64,000 nt of DNA. Source: an uncultured Planctomycetota bacterium. Its GTDB lineage: Bacteria > Planctomycetota > Planctomycetia > Isosphaerales > Isosphaeraceae. A program made the position numbers and the translations under genes. Positions 42,228-53,167 of this stretch are shown here, one piece after another (within the stretch, counting starts at the first letter, position 1; every line of letters starts with the position of its first letter). The notes beneath the pieces were generated by a model. It saw only the letters and a program-made list of their open reading frames with translations, did not search any database and was not told the DNA's origin. The stretch covers positions 96,001 to 160,000 of the forward strand of contig CAWJTV010000020.1 of NCBI GenBank assembly GCA_963845755.1. Direction: 5' to 3'.

Positions 42228-44909
42228 ATGAAACGCCGAGATGTCCGAATTCCGCGGTTCGCCATGATCTGCCTCGTCGCGGGGATCCTCCAGGGATCGG
42301 TCCGTCCGGCTCATGCCCAGCTCTCCGCGACGGAAGAAGAACGCCTGCAGATCTTGACCGACCCGGATGCGATCAAGAAGAAGCTGGAGAAGGATCGAGA
42401 GAAGATCCCTTACGAATTCTTCAAGTCCCAGGTTGCCCCATTCGACGTACTTCCGTTCGTCAAGCCGCACCACTGGTCCACGCTCACACTGGAGATGAGG
42501 ACCAACAAGGACGAATACGAGGGGTTCCTGCAAACGGATGCCGTCCAGCTTCCGGGGATGCCGCTCAGGATCGTCTATCGGCGGGATGCACGGCTGATGA
42601 AAGAGCAGCGCCGGGCGTTGGCACAGCAGGTGATGCTCACCAAGATCCCCAAGGAATGGACGCTGGACCTGGTCCGTACCGGGGCCTTGCGCCCCGACGC
42701 GAGCACGTCGGCGCTCCTGACGACGCTGGAACCGCACCAGATGCTGGTCCTGATCCTCAGCAAGGATGCGACGAACCAGTTCGCGTCGTGGGGCCGGATG
42801 GCGTCGATGATTCCGATGGGCGTCGAGCGGGACGACACCCGGGTCCTGGATCGTCAGCGCTATTACCGGCTAGTGATGCCGATGCAGCCGGACAAGCCGA
42901 CGCTGTCGTCGCATCCGCTGACCTGGACGACGATCAGCCACATCGTCTGGGACGGACTGCCCCCTGACGTGTTGTCGGTGTCGCAGCAGCAGGCCATCCT
43001 GGACTGGCTGCACTGGGGGGGGCAGTTGATCTTCACCGGCGGGGCGGGGCAGTCCTACGCGATTTATCACGACAGCTTCCTGGGCCCGTACCTCCCGGCC
43101 GAGGCGAGTGGGCAGACCGTCGGCCTGACCCAGGAGGACCTGCAGCCGCTCTCGCAGTCCTATCCGCCACCCACGGAGCCGGACCTGCCCGCCACCGACG
43201 GCACAGAAGCAGTCCCTCCGGTCCGACAGGGATTCGGGCGCATCTATCGGGCGCCTGTGCCGATTCTGGTGGCGCGCGACAAGCCGGTATACCTGTCGGT
43301 GCTTCGCGCAGCCGAGGGTGCGTCGACCATCCCGCTGGGTGAGGCGAGTCCTCACCTCCTGGCCGTCGAGCGTCGGGTCGGTCGGGGGCGGATCACCATG
43401 CTGACCATTAACCCACTCGAGCCGTCGCTGGCGACCTGGCCGGGCCTCGATACGATGGTCCGCCGCGTGCTCCTCCGCCGGCCCGAGGAGGCCGTCGTGG
43501 GGGCGGCGGGTTTCGACGGTCTCACCTACCGGGGTCCCCGGCGGAACCGGCTAGGCGGCCCGGACCTCACCTGGTACCGGATCATCAGCCGCGATGCCCG
43601 GCCCGGCGAAGACACGGCAGGCCGGTTGCCCAAACCACCGAAGCTGGAGCAACGCCCGAACCCTCCCGAGCCAACCAAGTCGAACGTGGCTGTCCTCGAG
43701 GATGAGAATGACCCCGAGAACCAGGTCTCCGAGATCGGCGTCGCCGACTGGCGCGATAACGCACGGTTCCCTACCCTGAGCCGTGACCTGCTGGAAGAGG
43801 CCTCCGGCATCACCATTCCCAGCAAGCTTTTCGTGCTGAAGGTGATCCTCGCCTACCTGATCGCCGTCGTGCCCTTGAACTGGCTGATCTGCCGATTTGC
43901 GCTCAATCGCCGCGAATGGGCGTGGGTGGTCGTACCCGTGGTCGCCCTGGGCTTCGCGATTGCCGTGCAGCGCGTGGCCGCCTACGACATGGGGTTCGAC
44001 TCGGCCTGCGATGAGATCGATATGCTGGAGGTCCATGGAGATTACGCCCGCGGCCACCTCAGCCGGTTCGCTTCGCTCTATACGACCGGCCGGGGAAACT
44101 ACAACATCACCTATCCGAACAATAACACTGCGCTGGCCCTGCCGCTGAACAATGGGCTGTCGATCCGCGGCGAGGATGTGACGACATCGACGTGGCAATC
44201 CGCGCCGGTGCCCGGTTTGCTGGGCCTGTCGGTCCAGCCGCGGAGCATGTCAATGTTCCGAGCGGAGGAGATGGCGCCCCTGGCCGGCGCCCTTCGTATC
44301 GAGGGCGATGGCGCGAGCCGCCGGCTGGTGAATGGGAGCGAGCTGGAGCTCCGCGACGCGATCCTCATCGACATGTCCACGAACGATCCGCCGAAGGAGC
44401 CGGTCGGTTCGGCCGAACGGAAGGCCGTCGGCCGCCGCGACGACACAACGAGTACCGATCAGCGGAAGGAGCTGTACCTGGGGACCATCGCCGCTGGGGC
44501 CACGGTCGATCTCGGTGCGACGGCCGCCACGCCGCCACCGGAGCGGGTCGATTTCGCGGCCGGCCCCGATCCGAATTCGATCCTCCGGGCTCTGCGAACA
44601 ACGCGGGAGCGTCGCGATGAGAATGCCGGCGAGGTCCGGCTGGTCGCCTGGATCCCTCGCGCGATGCCCGGCCAGGTCATCGATCCGCCGGTCGATCGCC
44701 AACGCGGGTTCACCGCGGTGATCGTCCACCTTCGGAGCGGGCCTCCGCCGAATCCCGGCGGCCCTCATTACGACATCCTGGCCATGGGTCCCGAGAGGGC
44801 GCCGGCGGTCGAGATGGTGGCACCGACGACTTTCTCCGGCCGAGCTCGCCGGCCCCGGACCGCGCCCGCGGCGCCGGCCGGCAGTGCCGGATCCGTCACG
44901 CAACCCTGA
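42228..44909 (+). CDS. Large secreted/membrane accessory protein of an ABC-2 system (GATase-like central domain)
   Basis: Signal peptide; QQQAILDWLHWGGQLIFTGG, G.GRIT; two TMs (YLIAVVPLNW). Confidence 0.75.
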   Translation: MKRRDVRIPRFAMICLVAGILQGSVRPAHAQLSATEEERLQILTDPDAIKKKLEKDREKIPYEFFKSQVAPFDVLPFVKPHHWSTLTLEMRTNKDEYEGFLQTDAVQLPGMPLRIVYRRDARLMKEQRRALAQQVMLTKIPKEWTLDLVRTGALRPDASTSALLTTLEPHQMLVLILSKDATNQFASWGRMASMIPMGVERDDTRVLDRQRYYRLVMPMQPDKPTLSSHPLTWTTISHIVWDGLPPDVLSVSQQQAILDWLHWGGQLIFTGGAGQSYAIYHDSFLGPYLPAEASGQTVGLTQEDLQPLSQSYPPPTEPDLPATDGTEAVPPVRQGFGRIYRAPVPILVARDKPVYLSVLRAAEGASTIPLGEASPHLLAVERRVGRGRITMLTINPLEPSLATWPGLDTMVRRVLLRRPEEAVVGAAGFDGLTYRGPRRNRLGGPDLTWYRIISRDARPGEDTAGRLPKPPKLEQRPNPPEPTKSNVAVLEDENDPENQVSEIGVADWRDNARFPTLSRDLLEEASGITIPSKLFVLKVILAYLIAVVPLNWLICRFALNRREWAWVVVPVVALGFAIAVQRVAAYDMGFDSACDEIDMLEVHGDYARGHLSRFASLYTTGRGNYNITYPNNNTALALPLNNGLSIRGEDVTTSTWQSAPVPGLLGLSVQPRSMSMFRAEEMAPLAGALRIEGDGASRRLVNGSELELRDAILIDMSTNDPPKEPVGSAERKAVGRRDDTTSTDQRKELYLGTIAAGATVDLGATAATPPPERVDFAAGPDPNSILRALRTTRERRDENAGEVRLVAWIPRAMPGQVIDPPVDRQRGFTAVIVHLRSGPPPNPGGPHYDILAMGPERAPAVEMVAPTTFSGRARRPRTAPAAPAGSAGSVTQP

Positions 44910-44945
44910 ATCCGGAATCCCCTAGAGATTGGAGACGTACGACCC

Positions 44946-45875
44946 ATGATCGAGGTGATCCACTTCACCAAGCATTACGGTGATTTCATCGCGGTCGATG
45001 ACCTGAGCTTCACCATCGGTCAGGGGGAGATCTTCGGTTTCATCGGGCCCAATGGCGCCGGCAAGAGCACCACGATCCGGTTCCTGGCCACCCTGCTACG
45101 ACCGACGGCCGGTGAGGGGCGGGTCGCGGGCCATTCGGTCACCGCCGAGCCGATGGCCGTCCGGCGCGTCATCGGCTTCATGCCCGATGACTTCGGCGTC
45201 TACGACGGGATGAAGGTCTGGGAGTTCCTCGACTTCTTCGCCGTCGCCTACGAGATCCCCCGCTCTTACCGCAAGAAGATCATCGGCGAGGTGCTCGACC
45301 TGCTCGACCTGACCCACAAGCGGGACGATTATGTCAACGGTCTCTCGAAGGGCATGAAGCAGCGGCTCTGCCTGGCCAAGACCCTGGTCCATGACCCGCC
45401 GGTGCTCATCCTCGACGAGCCGGCGTCGGGCCTGGACCCCAGGGCCAGGCTCGAGATGAAGGCGCTGCTCAACGAACTGCGCCAGATGGGCAAGACCATC
45501 CTGATCTCCAGTCATATCCTTTCGGAGCTGGCCGATTTCTGCACGTCGATCGGGATCATCGAGCGGGGCAAGCTCCTGGCCGCCGGCAGTATCCGGGACA
45601 TCCAGCAGCAGATCCGCTCCCACCGGGTCCTCAAGGTCCGGGTCCTGGACGAGTCGACCGAGAAGGCCGCCGAACTGCTCCGCCAGGACAGCTCCATTCG
45701 GCTGGTCGAGACCTACGATCATACCCTGAGCGCCGAGTTTGAAGGGCAAGACCCGGACATGGCTCGGCTGCTCGACCGGCTGATCCAGTCAGGGATTGTG
45801 GTCCAGTCGTTCGCCGAAGAGCCGCTCTCGCTCGAAGACGTCTTCATGATGATCACCAAGGGGATCGTGAGCTAG
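44946..45875 (+). CDS. ABC transporter ATP-binding protein
   Basis: GPNGAGKST, LSKGMKQR, ILDEPASGLDP, SSH. Confidence 0.95.
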   Translation: MIEVIHFTKHYGDFIAVDDLSFTIGQGEIFGFIGPNGAGKSTTIRFLATLLRPTAGEGRVAGHSVTAEPMAVRRVIGFMPDDFGVYDGMKVWEFLDFFAVAYEIPRSYRKKIIGEVLDLLDLTHKRDDYVNGLSKGMKQRLCLAKTLVHDPPVLILDEPASGLDPRARLEMKALLNELRQMGKTILISSHILSELADFCTSIGIIERGKLLAAGSIRDIQQQIRSHRVLKVRVLDESTEKAAELLRQDSSIRLVETYDHTLSAEFEGQDPDMARLLDRLIQSGIVVQSFAEEPLSLEDVFMMITKGIVS

Positions 45876-45878
45876 GCC

Positions 45879-45940
45879 GCAGGGTGGGTGAAACCCACCG
45901 AGATCGATCGTCCTTTCCTGGTGGGTTTCCTCCACCCGAC
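45879..45940. repeat. GTAG-type REP doublet (degenerate copy)
   Basis: GCAGGGTGGGTGAAACCCACC ... GGTGGGTTTCCTCCACCCGAC; same family as 55957..56018. Confidence 0.75.
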
Positions 45941-45991
45941 TCGAATCCGTGGGGCGGGCATCTCTCCCACCGAAAGCCGCAGGGCCGCATC

Positions 45992-47665
45992 ATGTTAATC
46001 CGAGATAATCCCGTACTGACCCGCGAGCTGCTGGTGACCCTGCGGTCGCCGCGCTCGTTCATCCTCCAGTTGCTCTATGTCTGTGCCCTGGGGATGCTGG
46101 TGTTCTTCTACTGGCCGCCGGAAGCCGGCCAGCCCGGGGCCCATCAGGTCAGTCCGGCGGTGGCCCGCCGGCTCTTCGACATCTTCTTCCTCGGTCAATT
46201 CTTCCTGGTGTCGTTGATGGCGCCGACATTCGCCGCGGGGAGCATCACCGGGGAGAAGGAGCGGAAGACCTATGAGCTGCTGCTGGCCAGTCCGCTCCGG
46301 CCCGGGACGATCCTGGTGGGCAAGCTCTTGAGCTCGCTCAGCTACCTGGTGATCCTGATCGTCTCCAGCCTGCCGCTGATGATCCTCTGCTATCTGCTGG
46401 GGGGGCTGCTGCTCTCGGAGATCACCCGCGCCTACCTGGTGCTGATCCTGGCGGCCGGGACGTTCGGGCTGCTGAGCGTCGCCTGCTCGAGCTTCTTCGG
46501 CCGCACCAGCTCGGCGCTGGTCGTCAGCTACCTGGTGATCCTTCCCCTGGCGGTCGCCTGCGTGGTGCTGACGCGCACCGAGTACGTCGAGGCGCGCGAT
46601 TTCGTCTCGATCGCCGTGCTGCCGCCGTGGTGCTTGGCCACCTGGACCGTGCTGGGCATCCTGGTCAACGGGCGGCTCCTCCGGCCTCCCGACGTGGGCA
46701 GTGAGGGCAAGGATGTCGTTGACGAGGAGGAGGAGATGAAGTACGCGATCGGGGTGGTCATCGATCGCGAGCTGTTCCCGGACAAGCTCTTCGCGCCGGC
46801 CAAGCGGCACGACCTGATGCCCGATGGGACCAATCCCGTGCTCGATAAGGAGCTGAGGAGCGAGATCTTCAGTCAAGGCACGCTGATGTTGCGCGTGGTC
46901 ATCCAGGTGAGCATGCTGCTGTCGATCCCGCTGATGGCGTTCCTGCTGTTCCTCCGCTCGGACCTGGCGGCTTACTACGTCGCCTATGTGCTCACCTTCA
47001 ACCTCCTGGTCGGGCCGGTGTTCTCGGCCGGGAGCATCACGCAGGAGCGGGAGCGACAGACGCTGAGTCTGCTGCTGACCACCTTGCTCGGCCCCGGCAA
47101 GATCGTGATCGCCAAGTTGCTGGCGGCACTGCGGGTCTCCACCGTGTTGACCTTCTTGCTGACCGAGCAGATCCTGCTCGCCTACGTCCTGCTGCCCGAG
47201 CTTCGGGGCCGGTTCTGGACGCTGGTCGTCTTCCTGCTGATCATCGCCACCACCTGCCTGGCGACCTCGTCGATCGGGCTGTTGTGCTCGTCGCTGGCCA
47301 GGCGGTCTTCCGTGGCGATGGTCCTGACGTACCTGAGCTTGCTTCTCCTCTTCGTGATGCCGATGGGACTGTCGTGGTATCTCCAGGGGATCGAGTCGGT
47401 GAGCAAGGAGCAATTGGCCGCCTTCTCGGTCACCAGCCCGTTCTCTGCGGCGCTGAGCGTCCCCATGCAGACGACCCGCAGCGATGTCTTCTCCAACGCG
47501 CCGGCGATGCTCACCGATTCCATACTGATCCCGGTCGCGCAGGGCATCCGGTTGCCGGTCTGGGCGATCTTTCTGTGTATCTACCCGCCGTTGAGCCTCG
47601 TCTTCTTCCTGTTGACCTACCTGGCCTTCCGATGGCGATGGTGGCGATCGGGCGGACTGGGTTAG
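45992..47665 (+). CDS. ABC-2 type permease with two fused membrane domains
   Basis: Duplicated NPVL.(R/K)EL and AGSIT.E(K/R)ER.T..LLL motifs. Confidence 0.88.
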   Translation: MLIRDNPVLTRELLVTLRSPRSFILQLLYVCALGMLVFFYWPPEAGQPGAHQVSPAVARRLFDIFFLGQFFLVSLMAPTFAAGSITGEKERKTYELLLASPLRPGTILVGKLLSSLSYLVILIVSSLPLMILCYLLGGLLLSEITRAYLVLILAAGTFGLLSVACSSFFGRTSSALVVSYLVILPLAVACVVLTRTEYVEARDFVSIAVLPPWCLATWTVLGILVNGRLLRPPDVGSEGKDVVDEEEEMKYAIGVVIDRELFPDKLFAPAKRHDLMPDGTNPVLDKELRSEIFSQGTLMLRVVIQVSMLLSIPLMAFLLFLRSDLAAYYVAYVLTFNLLVGPVFSAGSITQERERQTLSLLLTTLLGPGKIVIAKLLAALRVSTVLTFLLTEQILLAYVLLPELRGRFWTLVVFLLIIATTCLATSSIGLLCSSLARRSSVAMVLTYLSLLLLFVMPMGLSWYLQGIESVSKEQLAAFSVTSPFSAALSVPMQTTRSDVFSNAPAMLTDSILIPVAQGIRLPVWAIFLCIYPPLSLVFFLLTYLAFRWRWWRSGGLG

Positions 47666-47677
47666 TGCCGCTCGCGC

Positions 47678-48589
47678 TCACCGGTGGCTCTTCTCCGGCA
47701 CCCCCTTGGGCAAGGTGCCATTGTCGAGGTACCACATGTTGTCGGGCCCGCGCACCAGGCCGACGATGGCCGGGATCGAGGCGATGGGACCCTCCTGGCG
47801 CCGGCCGCGGATGGCGATCTTGAGGGTGAACTTGGCCTCGATCCGGGCCTGGCCGGCGCTCTTCTCGCTGCGGAATTCCACCACGTCGAACACCAGCGGA
47901 GTCATCGCTCCGGCCTGGCTTCCCTTGATCGTGCGGATGCGATCAGCCCAGTAGGCCTTGAATCCTTCAAAGGACCCGAAGGCGGTGGAAGTCCGGCCCG
48001 CAGTGCTGAGCAACAGCCACATCCTCCGGTAATGGGGGACGTGATGGGAGAGCGCTCCGTAGAAGTCGCGTATAGCCTGTTCGGGGGTCATCCGGACGGG
48101 GCGCTCCAGCGTGATGAGGATCGGATAGCTGAGTACGGCCGCCCCCGCCGCGCCCAGCAGCAGGAGCAGGAAGAGGAACCCCAGGTAGTTCATGAAAAGA
48201 TAGATGAGGATCGCGAAGGCGAACAACCAGCCGGCCAGGAGGATCAACGTCGGCCCCCATTCGGCCTGTCGGGACCAGACCTCCTCGACGAGGTCCCCGG
48301 GATCTTCTCTGGCAGGTTCCTCGGAACGCGCCGGCCGGGCCTGTCGGGGCCGGTCGGGCTTGGGCTCGCTCGGCCGGGCTGCGGCGGTGTTCGAGACTGG
48401 CGAGATCCTGGGTACGACCTCGGGTTCTGGGGCCAGGTCGAAGACGTCACCCTGTTCCCTCGTGGGCGCGGCACTCGCGACGGGGTTTGCCGGCTGGCTG
48501 GCGCCCTCGTCTCGGAAGAGGAGATCGGCCGAAGCGATCTCCGGGTCGTGCGTCTTCCCCCCGTCGTCGTGCGGAATCTCCTTAGCCAT
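47678..48589 (-). CDS. Hypothetical membrane protein (two TMs, NTF2-like C-terminus possible)
   Basis: GGAGG RBS; TPEQAIRDFY.AL.....Y..MW.LLS ... DNMWYL. Confidence 0.7.
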   Translation of the reverse strand: MAKEIPHDDGGKTHDPEIASADLLFRDEGASQPANPVASAAPTREQGDVFDLAPEPEVVPRISPVSNTAAARPSEPKPDRPRQARPARSEEPAREDPGDLVEEVWSRQAEWGPTLILLAGWLFAFAILIYLFMNYLGFLFLLLLLGAAGAAVLSYPILITLERPVRMTPEQAIRDFYGALSHHVPHYRRMWLLLSTAGRTSTAFGSFEGFKAYWADRIRTIKGSQAGAMTPLVFDVVEFRSEKSAGQARIEAKFTLKIAIRGRRQEGPIASIPAIVGLVRGPDNMWYLDNGTLPKGVPEKSHR

Positions 48590-48694
48590 CGACATCCTCC
48601 GCCGAAAGTGCGTCGGCCACCAATAGATCGGTCGAGAAGCCGATTGTATCCTCCCACGCCTCAAGAAGCGACTCTCGGTCCACTTCGGGCCGGA

Positions 48695-49462
48695 TCATCC
48701 CAGGAAGCCGCCGTCAACCTCGAGCACATGCCCCGAGATGTAGCCGGCCAGCGGAGAGCAGAGGAACAAGACCGCCTCGGCCACGTCCTGGGGCCGTCCC
48801 AGCCGCTGCAAGGCGATCGACTTGACCAGTTGGGCTCGGGCCGCTTCCGTGATCTGGGCGGCCATGCGTGTGTCAATCACTCCCGGTGCGACGGCATTGA
48901 CCCGGATCGATCGTTTCGCGCATTCCCGGGCCAGCACGCGGGTCAGCGCCTGCACGCCGGCTTTGGCGGCCGCGTAGTTCGACTGGCCGTGGAATCCCAT
49001 CTTGGCGGCCAGGCTCCCCACGGAGACGATCGAGCCCCCATCGCGCAGGACCTCGAGGCCGTACTTGCAGCAATAGAAGACCCCGCTGAGATCGACATCG
49101 AGCACGGATCGCCACTCGTCGAGCGTCATCCTGGCGATCGACCGGTCGCGGAGGATCCCCGCGTTGTTCACGAGGATATCGAGCCCTCCCCATTCCCGAC
49201 GGATGTCCTGCATCATCGATTCGACGGCGCCGGGATCGCTCACGTCGGCCACCGAGACGCGCGCGCTGTCGGTCCGCTGCGAAAGCAGCTCGTCGAGCAG
49301 CGCAATGGCATCTTGATGGACCTTGCCTCGCGAGAGGTCCGGATGATTGAGGACCACCCGAGCGCCGGCCGCGTGGAGCAGCCGTGCCGTCTCCGCCCCG
49401 ATCCCCTGAGAGGAACCGGTCACCAGGGCCGTGCGTCCGGAAAGATCGATGGCGATGCTCAT
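48695..49462 (-). CDS. SDR oxidoreductase, FabG-like 3-oxoacyl-ACP reductase
   Basis: TGSSQGIG, NNAGILRD, YAAAK, NAVAPG. Confidence 0.92.
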   Translation of the reverse strand: MSIAIDLSGRTALVTGSSQGIGAETARLLHAAGARVVLNHPDLSRGKVHQDAIALLDELLSQRTDSARVSVADVSDPGAVESMMQDIRREWGGLDILVNNAGILRDRSIARMTLDEWRSVLDVDLSGVFYCCKYGLEVLRDGGSIVSVGSLAAKMGFHGQSNYAAAKAGVQALTRVLARECAKRSIRVNAVAPGVIDTRMAAQITEAARAQLVKSIALQRLGRPQDVAEAVLFLCSPLAGYISGHVLEVDGGFLG

Positions 49463-49530
49463 CGGGTCGGACTCCTGGAATTTCGCATCACAACGGGACG
49501 AGAATCCTCAGAGTTTGCGGGAGAATCGAG

Positions 49531-49610
49531 GGAGGATTCCGGATACATGATTCCGAATTCCCGAATCATCTTGAATCCGGAATCGTGAATCCGGAATCGT
49601 GAATCCCTCC
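49531..49610. repeat. Palindromic array of 7-mer repeats (GGATTCC/GAATCCG/GAATCGT)
   Basis: Left arm of GATTCC units and right arm of GAATCC units, bounded by GGAGG...CCTCC. Confidence 0.75.
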
Positions 49611-49641
49611 AGGGTTTCGGCCGACGGTCGCGTCAGGACCT

Positions 49642-50523
49642 CTAATCGAAGACGAACCCTTTTTCCGCGATCCGGTACGGCAGGATCTCATCACCGCAGG
49701 CGCTGCCGCGGTGCTTGGCGACGGAGAGTGCGCGGCCCAGCTTGCCGTTATGACGCGTCCGTCCCATCAAGATGATCGTGTTGGCGTTGGCGAAGATGTC
49801 CCCCTGGCTGATCGGCTGGACCAGCAGGTCTTCGAGCATGACCTGGGGCGTCGTGTACAGATAGAGGCAGCCGATCCGCGACTGATCGTATCGGTGGCTC
49901 AGCACGGCGTCCTCGTACGCCCGGTACTTCTCCCGGAGCCACTCCCGGGCGGCCCATTCGTCCTCCTGGCGCAGGACATGGTGGTAGATGTACTCGAAGA
50001 ACTCGAACTGGATCGATTCGCTGAACCGCTCGGCCGGCTCCAGGCCGTCGAAGACGACCCGCCGGCACCCGCGCGCGAACTGCTGGTAGAAGAAGCCGAC
50101 CGCACAACGGAAGATTCGCGCCAGGTCGCTCTTCCATTGGTGCCACTGCTCCGTCTCGAGATCGCCGCGCGTGACCCGTCGGCCGCCGCGGTCGATCGGG
50201 TGGAAATAATCGCCGATCGGGCGGCTGAAGTCCCACGCGCGGTCGAAGTCCGGGGCAGTCGTCAACGGATAGGAGTTCAGATCCCAATCGAACAGTCGCG
50301 ACGCATATTCCGCGTGGTTCTGAGAATCGCCGCGGCTGGTCAGGTCGCAGATGATCCCGCGGCGGCCTTCGCCGCTCTGCCCGACCTGGGCCCAGCCCAG
50401 ACCCAGTTGCGTCTTGCCGGCGCCCGTTGCGCCAGCCACCACGGTCAGGGTCCCGGGCAGGAGTCCACCTCCCAGCGCCCGGTCCAGTTCGTCCCACCCA
50501 AAGGCATGTCGAGCAATAGACAT
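49642..50523 (-). CDS. Single-domain KaiC/RecA-superfamily ATPase
   Basis: FG..ELDRALGGGL.PG, GATGAGKT, RVVFDG, RAL.VAKHRGS. Confidence 0.85.
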   Translation of the reverse strand: MSIARHAFGWDELDRALGGGLLPGTLTVVAGATGAGKTQLGLGWAQVGQSGEGRRGIICDLTSRGDSQNHAEYASRLFDWDLNSYPLTTAPDFDRAWDFSRPIGDYFHPIDRGGRRVTRGDLETEQWHQWKSDLARIFRCAVGFFYQQFARGCRRVVFDGLEPAERFSESIQFEFFEYIYHHVLRQEDEWAAREWLREKYRAYEDAVLSHRYDQSRIGCLYLYTTPQVMLEDLLVQPISQGDIFANANTIILMGRTRHNGKLGRALSVAKHRGSACGDEILPYRIAEKGFVFD

Positions 50524-50955
50524 TCGTCTCTCGCGCAATCGGTCGCGGTCCGGCGCCGCAGGCCGGAAGGAATCGGAAACGTTCCATTGTGGTTCGCCCA
50601 CTCCGAGACCGGCAAGTGGCCAGGGTACGACTTTCCCGGGTGTCGGTGAAGTTGCCCCATCCGGAATGCCGAATTATGCCACAGAATCCGCACGATCCGG
50701 CGATCTGGGGATTTGGTCGCCAACCTACGCCGGCTGCGTTCGCCCCAAGACCGGGAGTTGACCATGCAAATTATTGAAAACTAAGGGTTTACAGAGATTC
50801 CTTCGGAAGTTCGGTGGTGCTGGCCAGGACCGGCTTCGAGCGGTCGTGAGGTCGGTGGCACCCGCTCGACCTTATCAACGAATCGAGCCAGGAAGGCCGT
50901 CCGTGAAAAGACGAAGCACGAACGCGAATGTCAGGTCCTGGGCCGTCGGGGGACG

Positions 50956-53012
50956 GTGTCGGCATCCGCTTGCGCGATGCTCGTGGGCCTGATGGTCTTG
51001 CAGTTCATGCCGTCCAGCCTTCGTGCTCAGGTGCCCTTGACCGGGCCGAATTCGGATTCGGCCGCGAAAACGGGAGTCGACCCGCTTCAAACCCCGCCCG
51101 TCCGACCCTCTGCGACGGTACCCGTCGTTCCCGCGATGGGAACTCAAACGCCACCGCGAGCCGTTGTGGCTCCGGACCGAGGGGATCACCCGCTGCCGCC
51201 GCCGATTCCCTTCGAGGCGTTCCCCCGGGTGATCTCGATCGATCCGTCGCCGGTCGCGTCCAGCCGCCGGTCCGCGGCGCCTCAACCCCGGCTGATCCCG
51301 TACTCGCGCGATGCCTCGGGCCTGGCTCCCGAACGCCCACCGGGACCTCCCCCGCAACGGCCCGACGAGGAAGTCGCCAGGGACGTGACCAACTTGATCC
51401 AGAAGGTCATCGAGCCCGAAGCCGAGATCGGTTTGGTTGAGGGCCAATTCCGGACCATCCAGACCCGTCGGCCGCTCGACCGAGTGCTCATCGCCAATCC
51501 TTTGATCGCCGACATCGAGCTGCTCAACGACCGGCCCGGCCTCACTTTGGTCAATGTCCAGGGGAAGATGTCCGGAACGACGACCCTTACCCTCTGGGAT
51601 GAGACGAACCGTCCGGTCTCGTTCCTGGTCCGGGTCACGATCGACACGAAGGACCTGGAGCTGCGGATCCGCCAGGCCTTCCCTGGCGCCAACGTCAAAG
51701 TCCGCCAGATCGGGACTCAGGTCATCCTGGAAGGACAGGTCTCCGACTCCAAGACCATGGCCGACATTCTCGAGGTCGTCACGATGACGCTCAGGACGAG
51801 CCCGATGTTCCGAGGTGGCGGCGGTGGCGGCGGGATGGGCGGTGGCGGCGGGATGGGTGGTGGCGGCGGGATGGGTGGTGGCGGGATGAGTGGTGGCGGG
51901 ATGGGCGGTGGCGGTGGGATGGGCGGTGGCGGTGGGATGGGCGGCGGTGGGATGGGTGGCGGCGGGATGGGAGGCGGGCTCGTCCTGGTCAATCGGGTCA
52001 CTGTCCCCGGTCCTCGCCAGGTCCTGCTGCACGTCAAGATCGCGGAGCTCAATCGCAGCGCGACTCGCGATATCGGCGTAAGCTGGCTTTATGCGCGGGG
52101 GAAATCCATCATCGGCTCGGCGATCGGCAACGACGCGGTGTTCACCACGACCGGGAACGCAAGCATCAATCAGAGCCTGGGACCGCGCGGGTTCGCCGGA
52201 GCGGTCCAGGGGACCGTGGGCGGGTCCACCTCGGCGGCGCCCTCCGGTAGCTCGCCGCTCTTCGGTGTCTTCGATGCCGGGCATTTCTCACTGTTCATCG
52301 ACGCCCTACGCTCCAACAGCCTGGCGAAGATCCTCGCCGAGCCGAACTTGATGGCCCTGGAGGGGCAGCCGGCTCGCTTCCTGGTCGGCGGGATGTTCCC
52401 GTTCCCGGTCCCACAAAGCTCCTCTCTACCGGGAGGGACGGCCGTCGTCACGGTCCAGTTCCAGCGGTTCGGCACGATCCTGACCTTCGTCCCTCAGATC
52501 CTCGCCAATGACGTGATCCGTCTGGATGTCGAACCGGTCATCAGCGAGCTCAATTTCGCGCAATCCACCACCGTCAACGGCGGGACAGTCCCCTCGATCA
52601 CCGAACGGAGCGCCCGAACCGTCGTCGAGCTCCGCGAGGGCCAGACCCTGGCGATTGCCGGGCTCCTGCAATTGACCTCCAACAACACGACCGTCCGGGT
52701 CCCGGGACTCGGCGATCTGCCCCTCGTGGGCCCGTGGTTCAGCGCGAACACTGCCGAAGCGATCGAGACCGAAACGATCATCCTGGTCACCCCCCAGCTC
52801 GTCGCGCCCTGGACCCGAAGGACGTGACCGAAACGCCGGGCGACCGTGTCTTCCAGCCCAACGACGCCGAGTTCTACTTGCTCGGACGCATCGAGGGCAA
52901 ACTGGGCCGGGAGTTCCGAGCGACCAAGGCCGAGCAGGACCCGCTCAACCTGATGAAACACTTCCAGAGCGAACAGCAATGGATCATCGGCCCTCATGGT
53001 CATTCGGATTAG
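50956..53012 (+). CDS. Secretin, CpaC/RcpA (Tad pilus) type; frameshift near 52810, start approximate
   Basis: IANP.IAD, G.TTLTLWD, BON-like domain, QVLLHVKIAELNRS, LAEPNL, FLVGG.FP, TVVELREGQTLAIAGLL, VPGLGDLP.VG, E.IILVTP. Confidence 0.9.
51814..51978 (+). repeat. In-frame (Gly3-7-Met)n tract, 55 codons with 9 Met
   Basis: GGC/GGT...GGGATG units read directly. Confidence 0.95.
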
Positions 53013-53019
53013 CCATGGG

Positions 53020-53125
53020 GAAGGCTGAAGGCTGAAGGATGAAGGATGAGTCAGGACCTGGGAAAGGCTGAAGGCTGAGTCAGCACCGCGCCCGTCTTTA
53101 TTCATCTTTCATCCTTGAGCCTTCA
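53020..53125. repeat. Palindromic array of 7-mer repeats (GCTGAAG/GATGAAG and inverse)
   Basis: GAAGGCTGAAGGCTGAAGGATGAAGGATGA ... TTCATCTTTCATCCTTGAGCCTTCA. Confidence 0.8.
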
Positions 53126-53167
53126 GGGTACCAGCCCTGGGGACGGCAACGACAAAGGACAAGACCG

